A stretch of DNA of 64,000 nucleotides, from assembly GCA_013239625.1 (NCBI GenBank), contig MU056000.1, forward strand, positions 11,235,175-11,299,174, read 5' to 3'. Shown here piece after piece: positions 51,461 through 63,496 of this stretch. Every line of letters starts with the position of its first letter. Within the stretch, counting starts at the first letter, position 1. The translations under genes were made by a program, and so were the position numbers. The notes beneath the pieces are model-generated. The model did no database searches. It was not told the origin of the DNA and saw only the letters and a program-made list of their open reading frames with translations. Source of the stretch: Lama guanicoe (Eukaryota).

Positions 51461-51499
51461 GTCTGTGTATATTATAAATATTTTATACAATATTATTTA

Positions 51500-52274
51500 T
51501 GGGTGAATTTATTTAACCAACTGATTATTACAGAATGCTTTTACTGTTTTTATTGTATTTGTAGCCAACCTATCATTGCAATTGATGAATGAGTGTAGTA
51601 TGGTCTATTGGATCATTTTTTGCTTATGTTAACAAGTAATACAAAAAGGAAACAAAATGTGTTTTGGAAATTCACCATTTGTCAGTGACATTAATGACTT
51701 CTTTATTGAATCAGATAATAACATTTGAATACTAGAATAATATTTTCTTAATTTTTGTACTATTCACATTGTAATGATTTATAGACATGACATGCTTTTT
51801 TTAGACATGACACACTTTTAAGTTTAATTTGCATTATTAATATTTTTCTATTATGCTCTTAAGAATAGGCAATACACAAAACAATAAGTCAAACCCTGAT
51901 TTGTAGCATGGAAAATTTTCCTTGGTATAAATACTCCCACAATTGCCAGTTTTGAGCTACTGATAAAAAATTGCTGAACACAGAGTTAGGAAAAGGCATG
52001 CTGTGGTCCACATTACATAGTGTTTCCATCACACAGATGAAAAGACATAAGTGACCTCGAGAGCATGAGTTTTAGTAAAATACAGTAAAATCATTAGAAA
52101 GTGATGAATTTTGAGTATTTACATCTTTTGTTATTAATAAAATTCACTTAATTGTAAGTTTGTGCAATTTACTTTTTAACAATGGTTGTATTAGCAAATA
52201 GCTTGCAAAATTAAAAAAAAAAATTAACAATCAGCTATTGTGAGCCAGTTCAAACCAGCTCCAGTACAGTATTG
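51500..52274 (-). mobile_element. MER63-family (hAT-Blackjack) DNA transposon
   Basis: 'taaatactcccac', 'aagtgatgaattttgagtattta' and 'ttaacaatcagctattgtgagccagttcaaaccagctccagtacagtattg' match the recalled MER63 left end in reverse. The boundary near 51500 is uncertain. Confidence 0.7.
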
Positions 52275-52754
52275 CCCAACACCCCTGACTGAATAGTCTA
52301 CGTGGGTCACTTCTGGGCTTACATTCTATTCTCATGTCCTATTTGTTTATTTCTGCTCTGACACAACACTGTATTAATTCATTCAGTTTTAAAATTCAAC
52401 TTGATATCTGGAAGGGCAATCCCCTTTCACAGTTTTCTTCTTCAGGAGTATCTTGATTGTTCTTATTGAAGGCTATCTTGTCTCTTCCCTCTTCTGTGTC
52501 TACTTTATAACTGTTTTGTGAATTTCACAAAAATTTGGAATTTTGAATGAAATAGCATTTAATCTTAGGTCAGTGTGATGAGAACAGAAACTTTTATGAT
52601 ACTGAGTTTTTTATGCATTAATATTGTATAGCTCTCCATTGTGGGTCTCTTCATATCTTAATATAATCTTAAAATGTTTAAAACTTTTTTTTTAGATTTA
52701 TTCTTAAGTACTTATAGTTCTGGTTGCTGGTGTAAAGATTTTTCTGTCTTCCCT

Positions 52755-53095
52755 TTTTTCTTTTTAAATCAATTGAGGCATAATTTACATATGATGAAAT
52801 GCACCATATATGTGAAACCATATGAAAAGACATACATGTACAGTTTGATGAATTTTGACAAATGTATGCACTCATGTAACCACCTCCACAATCAGGAAGT
52901 AAAACATTCCTGTTATCCCAGAAGGTTCCTTATTGCCCCATTTCAGTCAAATCCTCCTTTTGTCTCAATCAGGAAACCACTGATTCACTGTCACTATAGA
53001 TTAGTTTTGCCTGTTCTTGACTTTAATATAAATGGAATCATATGGAATGTATATTTTGGGGATCTGGCTTTTTTTGCTGAGTCTAATGTTCTTTT
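52755..53095 (-). mobile_element. L1MB/L1ME-type 3' end nested in the older L1
   Basis: 'attgaggcataatttacata...tacagtttgatgaattttgacaaatgtat...ttttgcctgttcttga...atataaatggaatcata'. Confidence 0.75.
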
Positions 53096-53495
53096 TCAAA
53101 CATTACATTTATCAACGTGCTGATGTATGGAAGTGAAAATTTTTTATTTATTTATTTATTTATTTTTATTTTTCTTGTCTTATTTTGCTAGCCAGAACAT
53201 CCAATGTTAAGTGGAAGGTTTAAATAATAAGCCTCATCACATTTTTCTTATTCTTAAAGCGAATGCTTTTCCACATTTCACCATTAAATTTGATGATCGT
53301 TGTAGGTGTTATTTAAACAGGTTTTATTAGACTAAGGAAATATCTTTCCATTCCAAGTTTGCGAATGTTTTAAAAACTCATTATGGATATTGGATTTTAT
53401 TGAATGTTTTTTTACTGTAGCTATTAATAATCATTTTTGTCTTTTAATGTCTTTTTTTGCATATATATTCATAAGTAGAATTTGACTTCAAACAG

Positions 53496-53705
53496 CAGGT
53501 TATGGCAAACTTTTTCTTAAAGAGTCAGATGATAAACATTTTCAGCTCGTGGGCCATGAAATCTCTATCGTAACTACTCAACTCTGCAGTTCGGCTATGA
53601 AAGCAGCCATAGATAATATGTAAATAAATAAGCATGGTTGTGTTTTAATAAAACTGTATTTACAAATAGACAGCTAGACTGTTGGCTGTAGTTTGCTGAC
53701 TCCTG
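53496..53705. mobile_element. MER58A (hAT-Charlie)
   Basis: 'ggcaaactttttcttaaagagtcagat...actactcaactctgc...aaagcagccatagataatatgtaaa...gtagtttgctgactcctg', homologous to 38720-38941. Confidence 0.88.
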
Positions 53706-54199
53706 TCAATAAAACAGATTCAAATACTTTTATAATGAGGGCTTTTTATACTTTCTATGTCTTATTGAGTCAGTTTCATTAAGTTCCATTTTCTAGTATT
53801 TTCTCCATTTCATCTAAGTTTTAAACTTTTCAACTGTCTTATTTGTCATCTTCCTTTGTTTTATTTCATCTCTTTTTCTTACAATATGTTTTCGTTTGAG
53901 ACTTTTTTCTTTTTTCTTGATCAGTTTTGGAATGTTTGTCTTATTAATATTTTTTAACAAAACTTGATGCACAGCCAAGGAAATGGTGACATCATGTTTT
54001 CCTTGCACTTGACCTGTAAATAATTTTGACTGATCTGTAGATGGTAGATCATTCCTCCACCTGGTTTATCCATCTCCACTCTATATTGTATACTTCATAC
54101 TCAAGTGAAGAGATTAAGTATTTCTCACATGGCGAACTATCATTCTTCATTCAATGATGTAGGATATTGGTCCCCTGTTAACAGATAATGAGAGTAAGC

Positions 54200-54410
54200 A
54201 TTCTTTGAGCACTCAGTGTTTGCCAGGCACTGCATAAGTGCTTGATACATACTATCTCACCTAGCCTTCACAACTATTCTAAGTTTTATCATTATGTTCA
54301 TCTTTGCAGATAAAGAAATAGGCTTGGAGATACAAACAGGCATAGAGAAATAATGGTAGACCAGGATTCCAAACTCGGATAGTTTGATTCCAGAGTTTTG
54401 TGCTTAACTT
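54200..54410 (-). mobile_element. MIR SINE
   Basis: 'ttgagcactcagtgtttgccaggcactg...ctttgcagataaagaaataggct...ccaggattccaaactc'. Confidence 0.75.
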
Positions 54411-54699
54411 TTGGGAAAGTTCTTTGCTATATTTCCTGTAATGCTGTGCTCATAAAAGGAAACTTTTGATGCATAATTTAGTGTCTTAAGAAGACTTGGC
54501 CATTAGAAAGAGGTACTCTGTGAAGAAAGCCTGGACCAATTATGTCCTGCAATTTAAGTTTTAAAACTGGGATTCTAGTTTGTAATCACTCTCCTGTGAG
54601 ATTGATCCTTGCCTAAACCACTGGGATCGTGTATCTGAATGTAACTGAGTGAGAGTCAGATCGTGAACTCTGGTTCTACTTCTGTGTAATATTTCTTAA

Positions 54700-54900
54700 T
54701 TTTCAAAGGCTTTTACAAACATCACATATTATCCTCACAATATGTCCTTGAACTAGTGATAATTATTCTTTCTACTTTAGAGTTAAGTGCTTTGAGGCTA
54801 AGAGATGTAAGTATCTAGGTCAAAGTCAGAAATTCAGGGGTGGGAAGCTCAGATATAAATAAAGATCTTCTGACTTTCCATGTTGGAATCTTTTCCAGTA
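54700..54900 (-). mobile_element. MIR fragment
   Basis: 'atcctcacaa...tgaggctaagagatgtaagt...caaagtca...tcttctgact'. Confidence 0.55.
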
Positions 54901-57900
54901 CAAGACAGATCAGGAATGTCATGAGTCCCCGCCTGAAATAGCCAAATAATTTGACTCTTACATCATCTGATTTGCTCAGTGTTGTAGAATTAAGGATTGG
55001 ATGATGAGTGATTTACTAGTGTCACAGTGGACTGCAATATTTGATGTTGTATGGACCTAATTTAGTTAAATGAGCAAAGTAACCTCTGCAGAGTTAAAGC
55101 ATGATAGAAATGCACTGACAGGATGACAAGAGCATATACAATTAAAGAATCTGTTTTTTCACTGGAAGTAACAAGCCAAGAAGAATGACAAAAATTTTTG
55201 TGTCAGTTTCTTTATAGACTGTTTCCACATCATCCAGGCCTGCAGATACTTGGTGTCAGTAACTAAAATTTTAATTTTAGGTTTCTGAATTCATTGTCCT
55301 GGACAATTTAGTGTGCCCTTTCTCTTAACACCAGCAGAGATCTTGTGCCTGGATGGCTGACTTCCAAGAATTTGTTGATTATGCTGTATCCCGAGACCAT
55401 CAACTGGATGATGGCTTTTTTAAATGACTAATGTTCCAAATAATGGCATGTAAAATATCTGTTATTAGCCTCTTTCTTTGACTCTGATTACCTTATAAGG
55501 TAAGAAAGGGAAAAAAATACCGTGATTCCAAACCAGCACTAAATTGATTTAATAGACGCTCACACACAAACTCCATTTGGGAAAAACCTCACTGCATAGT
55601 CTATTAGTAATGATATGTATCTTTTTTAAAAGCAGAATTAGCATTATGATTGTACACTGTTGTATGTTATGTACAAACATAAACATTAATAGTTAAGTGG
55701 TAATAAATAATTCTATGTGACACACAGACTTAAATATTAATAGTGAAGAGTAATGACAAATTTAATCATAATTAACAGTTTTAGTGCTGACTCTGCTCCA
55801 GGCAATATCATAAGTGATTTAATTTGATTCCACCATTTTACAAATGAGAAAAACGATACTCAACCTGGTCATAGTACTAATTAAATGTGCCAGTTTCAAA
55901 TGCCACGTTCCTAACCATGCTCAGTCCTGCTGTATGATGCATGTTAGAGGAGAATGGAACTAAAGTCTCCATGACAGACGAGCACATGCTTCACAAAACG
56001 ACTGAAGAGCATCCAGACGGCTAGCATCTCACTCTCAGGCTAACAAGTTTAGTGACCAGGAAGCGATATGTACTTAGAATTCTCTTGAAACACAAGATGT
56101 AGAAATAGAATACATTTTAAAGACATTTTCCCAATTTCACATAGTCTACACTTTCAGACAATGGAGAAATTTGGAAGAACTTTCTCTCAGACTTTCGTGT
56201 GAATCTTATAACTGATCATGGCTGCCTATTTTCTCTGGCTACTAGGAAGTTCAGAATCAAACGTGCAGCCTACTTGTAAAAACTTGTGTAAGATTTTAAG
56301 ATGTCCTGGTATGAATCATATCTTGACTATTTATTATTTCTCTGCCTCATTTTTCATGGATTCTAGTTTCTTGAGCTCTTTGCTTTTCATTTTTTCTGTA
56401 TTCCTCCAAGGCACCTCAAAATCTTACGGGTGTGTTTACGAAATACATCAAAGATGTGTAAGATAAAAATTCAAAACATGCTGTTTTATGTAAATTCATA
56501 GAATTGTCATAAACATGGGACCACTGAGATTTTCTAACTGTTAAATGACATGGGAGGGTTAGTTTAGTTTGGTTTGGTTTTAGGAACAGAGTGTAGATAT
56601 AGTTGAATTATTACATGAAACCTTGTTCATGTTCCTACTGTAAAAATAAGTTTTGTTCTATTTTGGAGAAGCTATTTCTAGAGTTTATCTTTCCCTTCAC
56701 AGGACAATTGACCCAACAGGACAATTTTCTGGTAACAAATTTGATAACAAAATGTTAAACTTGAATTTCTCCAGAATACTGCATCACTTACAAAATAGTG
56801 TTAATTTGGATGACCTAGTAACAGACCTAACACCCACAACTTTTTAGTGAGATCAGAATTGATTATTCGAACATACTTTGGTGGTGGAACCCCCATGCTA
56901 AGAGGTTGTGTTGTAAGCCAGGTTGCTCCTCTGTCTTGGTGGTGATGTTGGGGTGTGCATCTCACTGTTGGTGAGGCTGGGGGGAGTGTGGTTTATCTAG
57001 GCAGCACTGATACCAGAGATACACCTGCTAAGTTCATTCTTGTTTGCAAGAGGGAATGTGGTTGAAAAGAAAAATAAAATACTCCACAGGATCCCAGGAA
57101 GGGGAGAATAGGAAGGATCTTAGGGGGAAAAATGAGGAAAAAGAAAATGTTGCTTCTGGGTGAAAAAATTAATGAGTACAGGACACAGATGACTGAGAGG
57201 AAGGTAGTGCAGAGTATCAGTCTCCTGACAGCACCCTCTTAAATCATCTCTGTGATGTGCGGTGTGTCACAGAACACATGGTCCCTTTTCCATTCTGAGA
57301 GTTTGCTGTCGGTAAATCGAGATGATGAATTTGCTTGATAGATGGAATTCCTGCGTGTGCTCAGAGGACAGAGGGACCGAAGGCTGATCTGGGGGCTCTG
57401 ATTCCCTCGCAGCCACTGGCAGCTGCCTTTTCCTGGCCGGCTCCGTGCTCTTCATGGTCCTGTGTGGTGCGTCGGGTGCCAGGAACAACAGCCCTGTCAA
57501 GTTGCACTTCAGGACTGAACAAAGTTATCTCTGTCCAGCACGTTTCCAAATGCCATGAAAAAAAAATTAGGTCTGAACAGATGGACGGATTTTCTTGTTC
57601 CATTTCCCTCTGGTGAATCTTACGAGCTCTTTCGTCCGTGGCATGTTTGTTTTCCATACTTGAACATTTTTCCCCCCAGATATAAAATTCAATATTTGAA
57701 AGTCAGTGCTGGCAAAGTTGACCAAATAATTCCTACATTAATTCCACAGATGTGTTTATTTATTCACGTCTGAAATATTTTCTTTCCTCAGATGACTGTT
57801 CTTCATACCCCAGGCATTGCAAGAGTTAGCTGTTCTTTCAAGATTTAAGGGTCACTTTGTTTATTAAACCAATCGGCCAGCAAGCAAAATAAAAACAAGA

Positions 57901-58521
57901 GAAGGAGAAGCCTGGATTAATATAAAAGGCATATTGGTGTTTTATGATTTTTATTAATGGTGCACCAAATAACACAATAGCAATGAAACTCTTCTTGGTA
58001 ATTAAAATGAAATCTTTAATGCATGTTGTTATTTGTCTCTTTTATTTATATTTTCATTTATGATGGGTTTTTTTTTTTAGGTAAAATTAAGAAATCCCCA
58101 CATGTCAAATGAGGGACTCCTGCATTATATTAATTTGCAGAGGCATGTGTGAGGCCAGCTTAGGAACTCTGTTTTAAAAGGTAATGGGGCTGAAGGTCAG
58201 AATTATAGTGAATGGTTTGTATATTTTAAAATCACAAGCTATAGAAACTCCACTTTGTCTAAAATGCAATACTTGCCTATTTGGAACCACAAGATTACAT
58301 CAAAAGGAATTCCCTCTCAGGTGCAATTTCCTCCTTCAGCTTCTTGGAGTCAAATACACAAAACAAAATGCTGTCAAGGGTGGTGACCTTGCCCTTGGAC
58401 TTGAATCCTGAAAGAGCATAGGAGTTTTGCACCCTCTGGATTTCTCTCTCTTTGGGAATTCAGTGATTTTGGATTGACTGTTCGATTGACGATTATAATT
58501 TAGTTTCATACAGAACCATTA

Positions 58522-58856
58522 CATGCACACCTGGGCAATATTGCAGGTTTGGTTCCAGACCACCTCAACAAAGAGACTATCAGGATAAAGTGAGTCACAC
58601 GAATCTTTTGGTTTTCTAGTGCACTTAAAAGTTATGTTTACACTATATGGTAGTCTACTAAGAGCACAATAGCATTATGTCTAAAAAACGGTTCACATAC
58701 ACTAGTTAAAAAATACTTTATTGCTAAACAATGCTAACCATATTGTAATAATGCGTTAATCATAATGCAGAGGTGTCACAAATTTTCAATTTATTAAAAA
58801 AAACACAGTATCTGCAGAGCGCAGTAGGGCACAGGGCGATAACTGAGGCATGCCTG
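58522..58856 (-). mobile_element. Internally deleted Tigger1-derived element (MITE-like), TA TSD
   Basis: Degenerate TIRs catgcacacct.../...aggcatgcctg flanked by TA. Contains both Tigger1 ends ('gttccagaccac...aaaagttatgtttacactat...aatactttattgctaaa' and 'cagtatctgc'). Confidence 0.88.
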
Positions 58857-59913
58857 TATACTTGAAAGAGGTTAAACTATCCATGCATTATAGAAAGACA
58901 CATTGTCACACGCTGACATAGTGCCCACTGACTTGGCCCAAGCATAAATATTAGAACTTACATTAACACGAATACAATTTGTGAATTGTGAAATTGGTAT
59001 GTTACCATTTTTTCCTAAATGATTAATGGATTCCAAATCAAGCTCATGAATCTAGCAAAATATTCAATGAGTATTTGCTACGTGGGAAGAGTCAGTGTTG
59101 TAGAAGTGACTCAAGCAGAACTGTCATAACAGCATGGGTCTGTCTGCAGAAGGGGCAGAGGCTAGAAATGTGGGTTTGGACTAAATATAATGTAACTAAA
59201 ATGTTTGCTGGGAAGGGGGCAGGTGTTAGACACAGTGGAGGCTGCATGCCTTTCCAAGAGTAGTCAGTTACCTAATTAAGAAAAGAAGTTTAGTGATTAA
59301 ATAGCAGGTTAGTGTTTTTCGAGCATATTTTTTTTTACTTCAACTAGTTTTTTTTTTTCCATAAAGTAATGGGTGAATGCCCTCGCTGTTGCCTAGTCCG
59401 TGGTCCTACTGCCCGCAGCCCTTCCTACAGCTGCCTGCTACGCAAGCCTGTTCCTCCTTCCGTTCAAAGTGATCTGCCTCTGGGGCTGGACTGAGGTCAA
59501 CTTCCCCAGCTACGTGGAATAGAGTACGTGGCTGTGGTGGTTCCCGTGTCCTCATGGTCTGTGGTCCAAAACCTTGTGATTCTATATGTTGTCTCTTCTC
59601 CCTGGGACCTCCTGGGACACGCACCTCCTCTTGGCTCATCACCCTTTCGCCACATGTTGCTGTTCCTCTGGGGCTGGCAGTCACATCATGGATTTAAATC
59701 CCCTCCTAGATCTTACCAGCTGCCTGGACTTTGGGCACAGCATTTAATTGATCTGTGTCCTCTTCTGAAAAATATGGATTATTATAAGATTTCATAGGAC
59801 AGGCTGTTGCCAATGTCCGGTGGGTAACAAGTGAAAAAAACCTTCCCAGAGCCTGTCTCGGAGCAGACCCCCGGTCATGTCTGTGGACCTTCTCCTCCTC
59901 TGCATCCTCCCCT

Positions 59914-59996
59914 CCCTTCCTTCCTTCCTTCCTTCCTTCCTTCCCTCCTTCCTTCCTTCCTTCCTTCCTTCCTTCCTTCCTTCCTTCCTTCCTTCT
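59914..59996. repeat. (TTCC)n microsatellite
   Basis: Directly visible. It explains the overlapping spurious low-complexity ORFs. Confidence 0.96.
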
Positions 59997-61744
59997 TTTC
60001 AATTTTCTTTATTGATTTCTTGCGTACTTTCCTCCTGCTGCTCCTCTTCTTTTTCTTCCTTCGTCTTTCCTTTCCTTTACTATTACTATTTTTGAGGTAT
60101 AAGAACCACAAAAGAAGGATCTGTGATGTGTTTGGGGCATTCAGAAAAGAGATTTGACAGTTGAAGGCATGAGAGGACTATTCAGAAAGGGCATTTAACG
60201 TAGGTCTTGAAATTTGAGTAGACTTGGTGTATGTGGAAAAGAGAAAGAACGACTAGGCTTGGATGGAAAGTCAGAAACATCATGGAGGCCCGGTACCCTC
60301 CGTGAAAGTGTTTGTTCTCTAGTAGGCAGCGTGGCGTTGTGGAAGGTCTTTTTTTTTTTTTTCCTTTCTTTCTTTTCATCACGTCCTAGGTGCACTTCAG
60401 GAGTTTGATATTGAAAACAGCATTCATGAATTGAGTGGTGTAAGCGAGGGGGAGAGCGTTTCAGAGGGTTTGGATCAGAGTAGTGACAAACAAAATAGGA
60501 AGGGATGTTGAGGAATTGATTGCAGTCTCAGTAGGACTTAATTGCATGTGAGGAGTAAATCATATGGTGGGAGCAAATTTACATGAGGTTTTAAGCTTAG
60601 TGACGGGAGGGATGAAAGTGATGTGATCCTGGAGAGGAAAGGCACTGAGAGAAGGATGTTTGCAAAGGAAGCTTGAGGTGTCACTTAGAAATTTGGGATG
60701 TTGTGTTTAGAGAGTGATGGGAAATATAAGCCTTGAATTCCACAGCCATTTAAGAGCCACTTATGTGGATTTTGGAATAGAGGTTAAATAACTGTAAGAA
60801 ATGTCCAAGGATAATAAATGTCAGAATCTTCTAGAAAGGGGCTGAGATGAGATGATGTTAGGGGGAGTGATGATCCAGAGAAATCAGAATAGGAACCTGT
60901 TCAGAAGGCCAGGATCATGTTCAGAGAAGCAGGGGACACTTGGATGTTCTGAGTCCTGTGATACACTGACTCTCGCGGAGGGGGCAGATTAAAAGCTATT
61001 GAATGTATCAACTAGAAGCTCACTGGTTTGAGAAACATTTTATGGGATAATATTTGGCAAAGCCAACATAGAACAAAGTATAGCACAGTGGTTCATAGTA
61101 AGCCCTAGAATTTACTTTGATGGTTTGAAGCAAAAACTTGTTTCCTACTAGTTGTTTTCAGTGTAAGATTTGGTGACTGGGTGTTTCAACCAAAGAAAAG
61201 ATATTTTGTTTTTTCAAATTAATAATCAAAGTATTAAAGTTGCAAATTCCAAAACCTAGTTTTTTTAAGCTCTTAAACCTAACTCAAATTCTCATTATTC
61301 TATATATAAATCCAGTACAGTTTATCAGTCACTTTCAAGGGGACCTTCACAACTTAGTTAATTAAATTTCATTAAATATTCAAATGGCATTCATAAATTT
61401 AACATATTCATTTCTATTTCTTAAACATTTCAAAGGTCTAACAGGCTGATCAGTCCCAAATTCTGGAGAAATTTATATGAATACAGTATATTGAATTTAT
61501 AAGATGCTGACCCTTAATTCCTTATAAACTTACAATATTATTTTATAAACTAGTAAATTTTTCTTATTAGTCTTTATAAGTTTATAATTAAAAGAAGAAA
61601 CCCAGGTAAATCACCCAATCTCAAATTTGAAATAGCAAATACACACAAATTATTTGTAGACACAAATATGTTAATGAACTTGGGTTGTTTTTGCTTTGTC
61701 ATCTTTGTCCTTTACTCTAACTTCAAAGTGGGAGAGTGAGGTAT

Positions 61745-61815
61745 TCAAATTCTCAGTCTCTCTTGCAGCCACGGGGGGCCACTTGATACACTTCTGTCTA
61801 ATGGGATATGTACAG
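61745..61815 (+). mobile_element. Old ERVL-type LTR 5' fragment (LTR16/LTR33-like)
   Basis: 'cagtctctcttgcagccacggggggccacttgatacacttctgtctaatgggatatg'. Confidence 0.45.
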
Positions 61816-61929
61816 GAGTTCCTGTCTATTTATTTGGATGGTGGATAAAAAGGCACCAAATATGTGCTTGTTGCTTCAGGTACTGGGACATGGTAATTAT
61901 CATATCTGAAACTTATGTGACCCTCAGTG

Positions 61930-62130
61930 TGTTCCCCAAACCACTGTGTGTGTGGGTTAACTGTGCTATCTAGAACAACTCCATGAGGTAGATACAGTTG
62001 TTACTACATTTCCTAGATGAGGAAGTGGCAACACAGAGAGGTTACTAACTTGCCCAGAGTCACACTGCCGGTAATAGAGCAACGTTAAGATGTGAGCCCT
62101 GGCACCGCAGTTCCAGAGTCCTCTTCACCT
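61930..62130 (-). mobile_element. MIR SINE
   Basis: 'aacaactccatgaggtagata...catttcctagatgaggaagtggcaacacagagaggttactaacttgcccagagtcacac'. Confidence 0.8.
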
Positions 62131-62932
62131 CTCTGCCACAGTCACCACTCCCTGGCCCTTCTCCACTGGGCACTTGAAGCTCTTTGCTGTCTCTGTTCTT
62201 CAACATTGAAGACATACTGTGACAGCTAGTGGTTTCCACGTGTTTTCCCCGTTGGACTAAGTGTTCCTCGGCCATGTGCATCCATCCGTTCTGCCCCAAA
62301 TCACAGCCGCAGAACATGTCTCCCCAGAGATGTTCAACAGATGGTTCAGTGAACAAATGACTTAAGAGCTGTAAAATTACAGGTGTCAGAGAGATGGCTT
62401 ACTTTAAAAACCTCAGTATGCCAAACCTAGAGGATGTTCCTTAAAAAATTTAAAAAGGAGTAAATAGAAGAGTTAAGAAGTGACTTTTTTACTCCATAAA
62501 GAGGGTGTCACTTTGCATAATGACCACTTTGTGCAGCGTCATCCTAGAGAGGGAGCTGAGAATCCCCTCACCAGATCTTGTAAGGAAGGAGACTTTCCAT
62601 CGTCCCTTTGTGTATTTCTCCATAAATAACATTGTCATGACCTAAGACTTTGACAACTATCTGAGTCAAACTGCCTGTAGAGAAAGAAGATAAAGGCCCT
62701 TTTCCAATCTGTGATTTGCCTTGTGGAAAGCTAACATGCGGTTGGGCGCCTGGGTCCCCATAGAGAGCTGGTGTCTGCCCACAGATGTGTGAAAATGGTA
62801 CCACAGAGTCACCAGGACCCAGGATATGGTCCATAGAAAAGGGATGTCATTTACATGTTAGGAGGATATGGGATGTCTGTTCATGATATCTTCACGGTAC
62901 GGGATTTCTATTTGGTTTGAATGAAATAAAAA

Positions 62933-63496
62933 TGTATTAGAATTCTCCAGAGAAACAGAACCATTGAGGTTATACACATACACACACACATATATACACA
63001 CATACATATATCAATTATATATATATATATGTATGTATGTGTGTGTATGTGTATATATATATGTGTACATATATATATACACACATAAAGAGATTTGTTA
63101 TGAGGAATTGACTCACTCAGCTATGGAGGCTGAGAAGTCCCACAGTCTACCATATGTAAGCTAGAATCCAAGAAAGCTGGTGATGCAGTTCAGTCCAAGT
63201 TCAAAGACTTGAGAACTAGAAGTATAAAGAGCAGGGGAAGACCCATCCCAGCTCAAAAAATTAGGCAGGAAGGGACAAATTCTGCTTTCCTCTGCCTTTT
63301 TGTTCTCTTCAGGTCCCCAGTGGTCTGGGTGATGGCCCACCCACATCGAGGAGGTCACACTGCTTTACGGAAGCCACCAAAACAAATACCAGTTTCATCC
63401 AGAAACACCCTCACAAACAAACCAAGATACAACGTTTAGCCAAATATCTGGACACCGTATGATTCGGTCAGTTGACATATAAAATGAACCATGACA
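62933..63496 (-). mobile_element. MLT2B-like ERVL solo LTR with internal (TA/CA/TG)n microsatellite
   Basis: TG...CA ends; 'ttctccagagaaacagaacca', 'tatggaggctgagaagtcccaca', 'ccagaaacaccctcaca', 'gttgacatataaaatgaaccatgaca'. TSD-like aaaaa/aataa. Confidence 0.9.

Larger units (their letters stand above)
52290..53960 (-). mobile_element. Highly degraded ancient L1 ORF2 fragments interrupted by younger insertions
   Basis: L1-like antisense motifs ('ttgatatctgg', 'ttcttaaagcgaatgctttt...ttcaccatt', 'ttggattttattgaatg'). Confidence 0.55.

Noticed and set aside
57317..57392. Box C/D snoRNA (ATGATGA at 57322, CTGA at 57384)
   Set aside because: Only ~2 bp of terminal stem, no clear C'/D' boxes and no rRNA/snRNA complementarity that I recognise. 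A snoscan/Rfam search would be needed.
58065..58090. Recursive splice site (polyT-AG|GTAAAA); similar motifs at ~31255 and ~50348
   Set aside because: The regenerated donor GTAAAA is weak and such motifs are frequent in T-rich DNA.
59706..60157. Overlapping ORFs with PSFL/RKEG repeats
   Set aside because: Translation of the (TTCC)n microsatellite.
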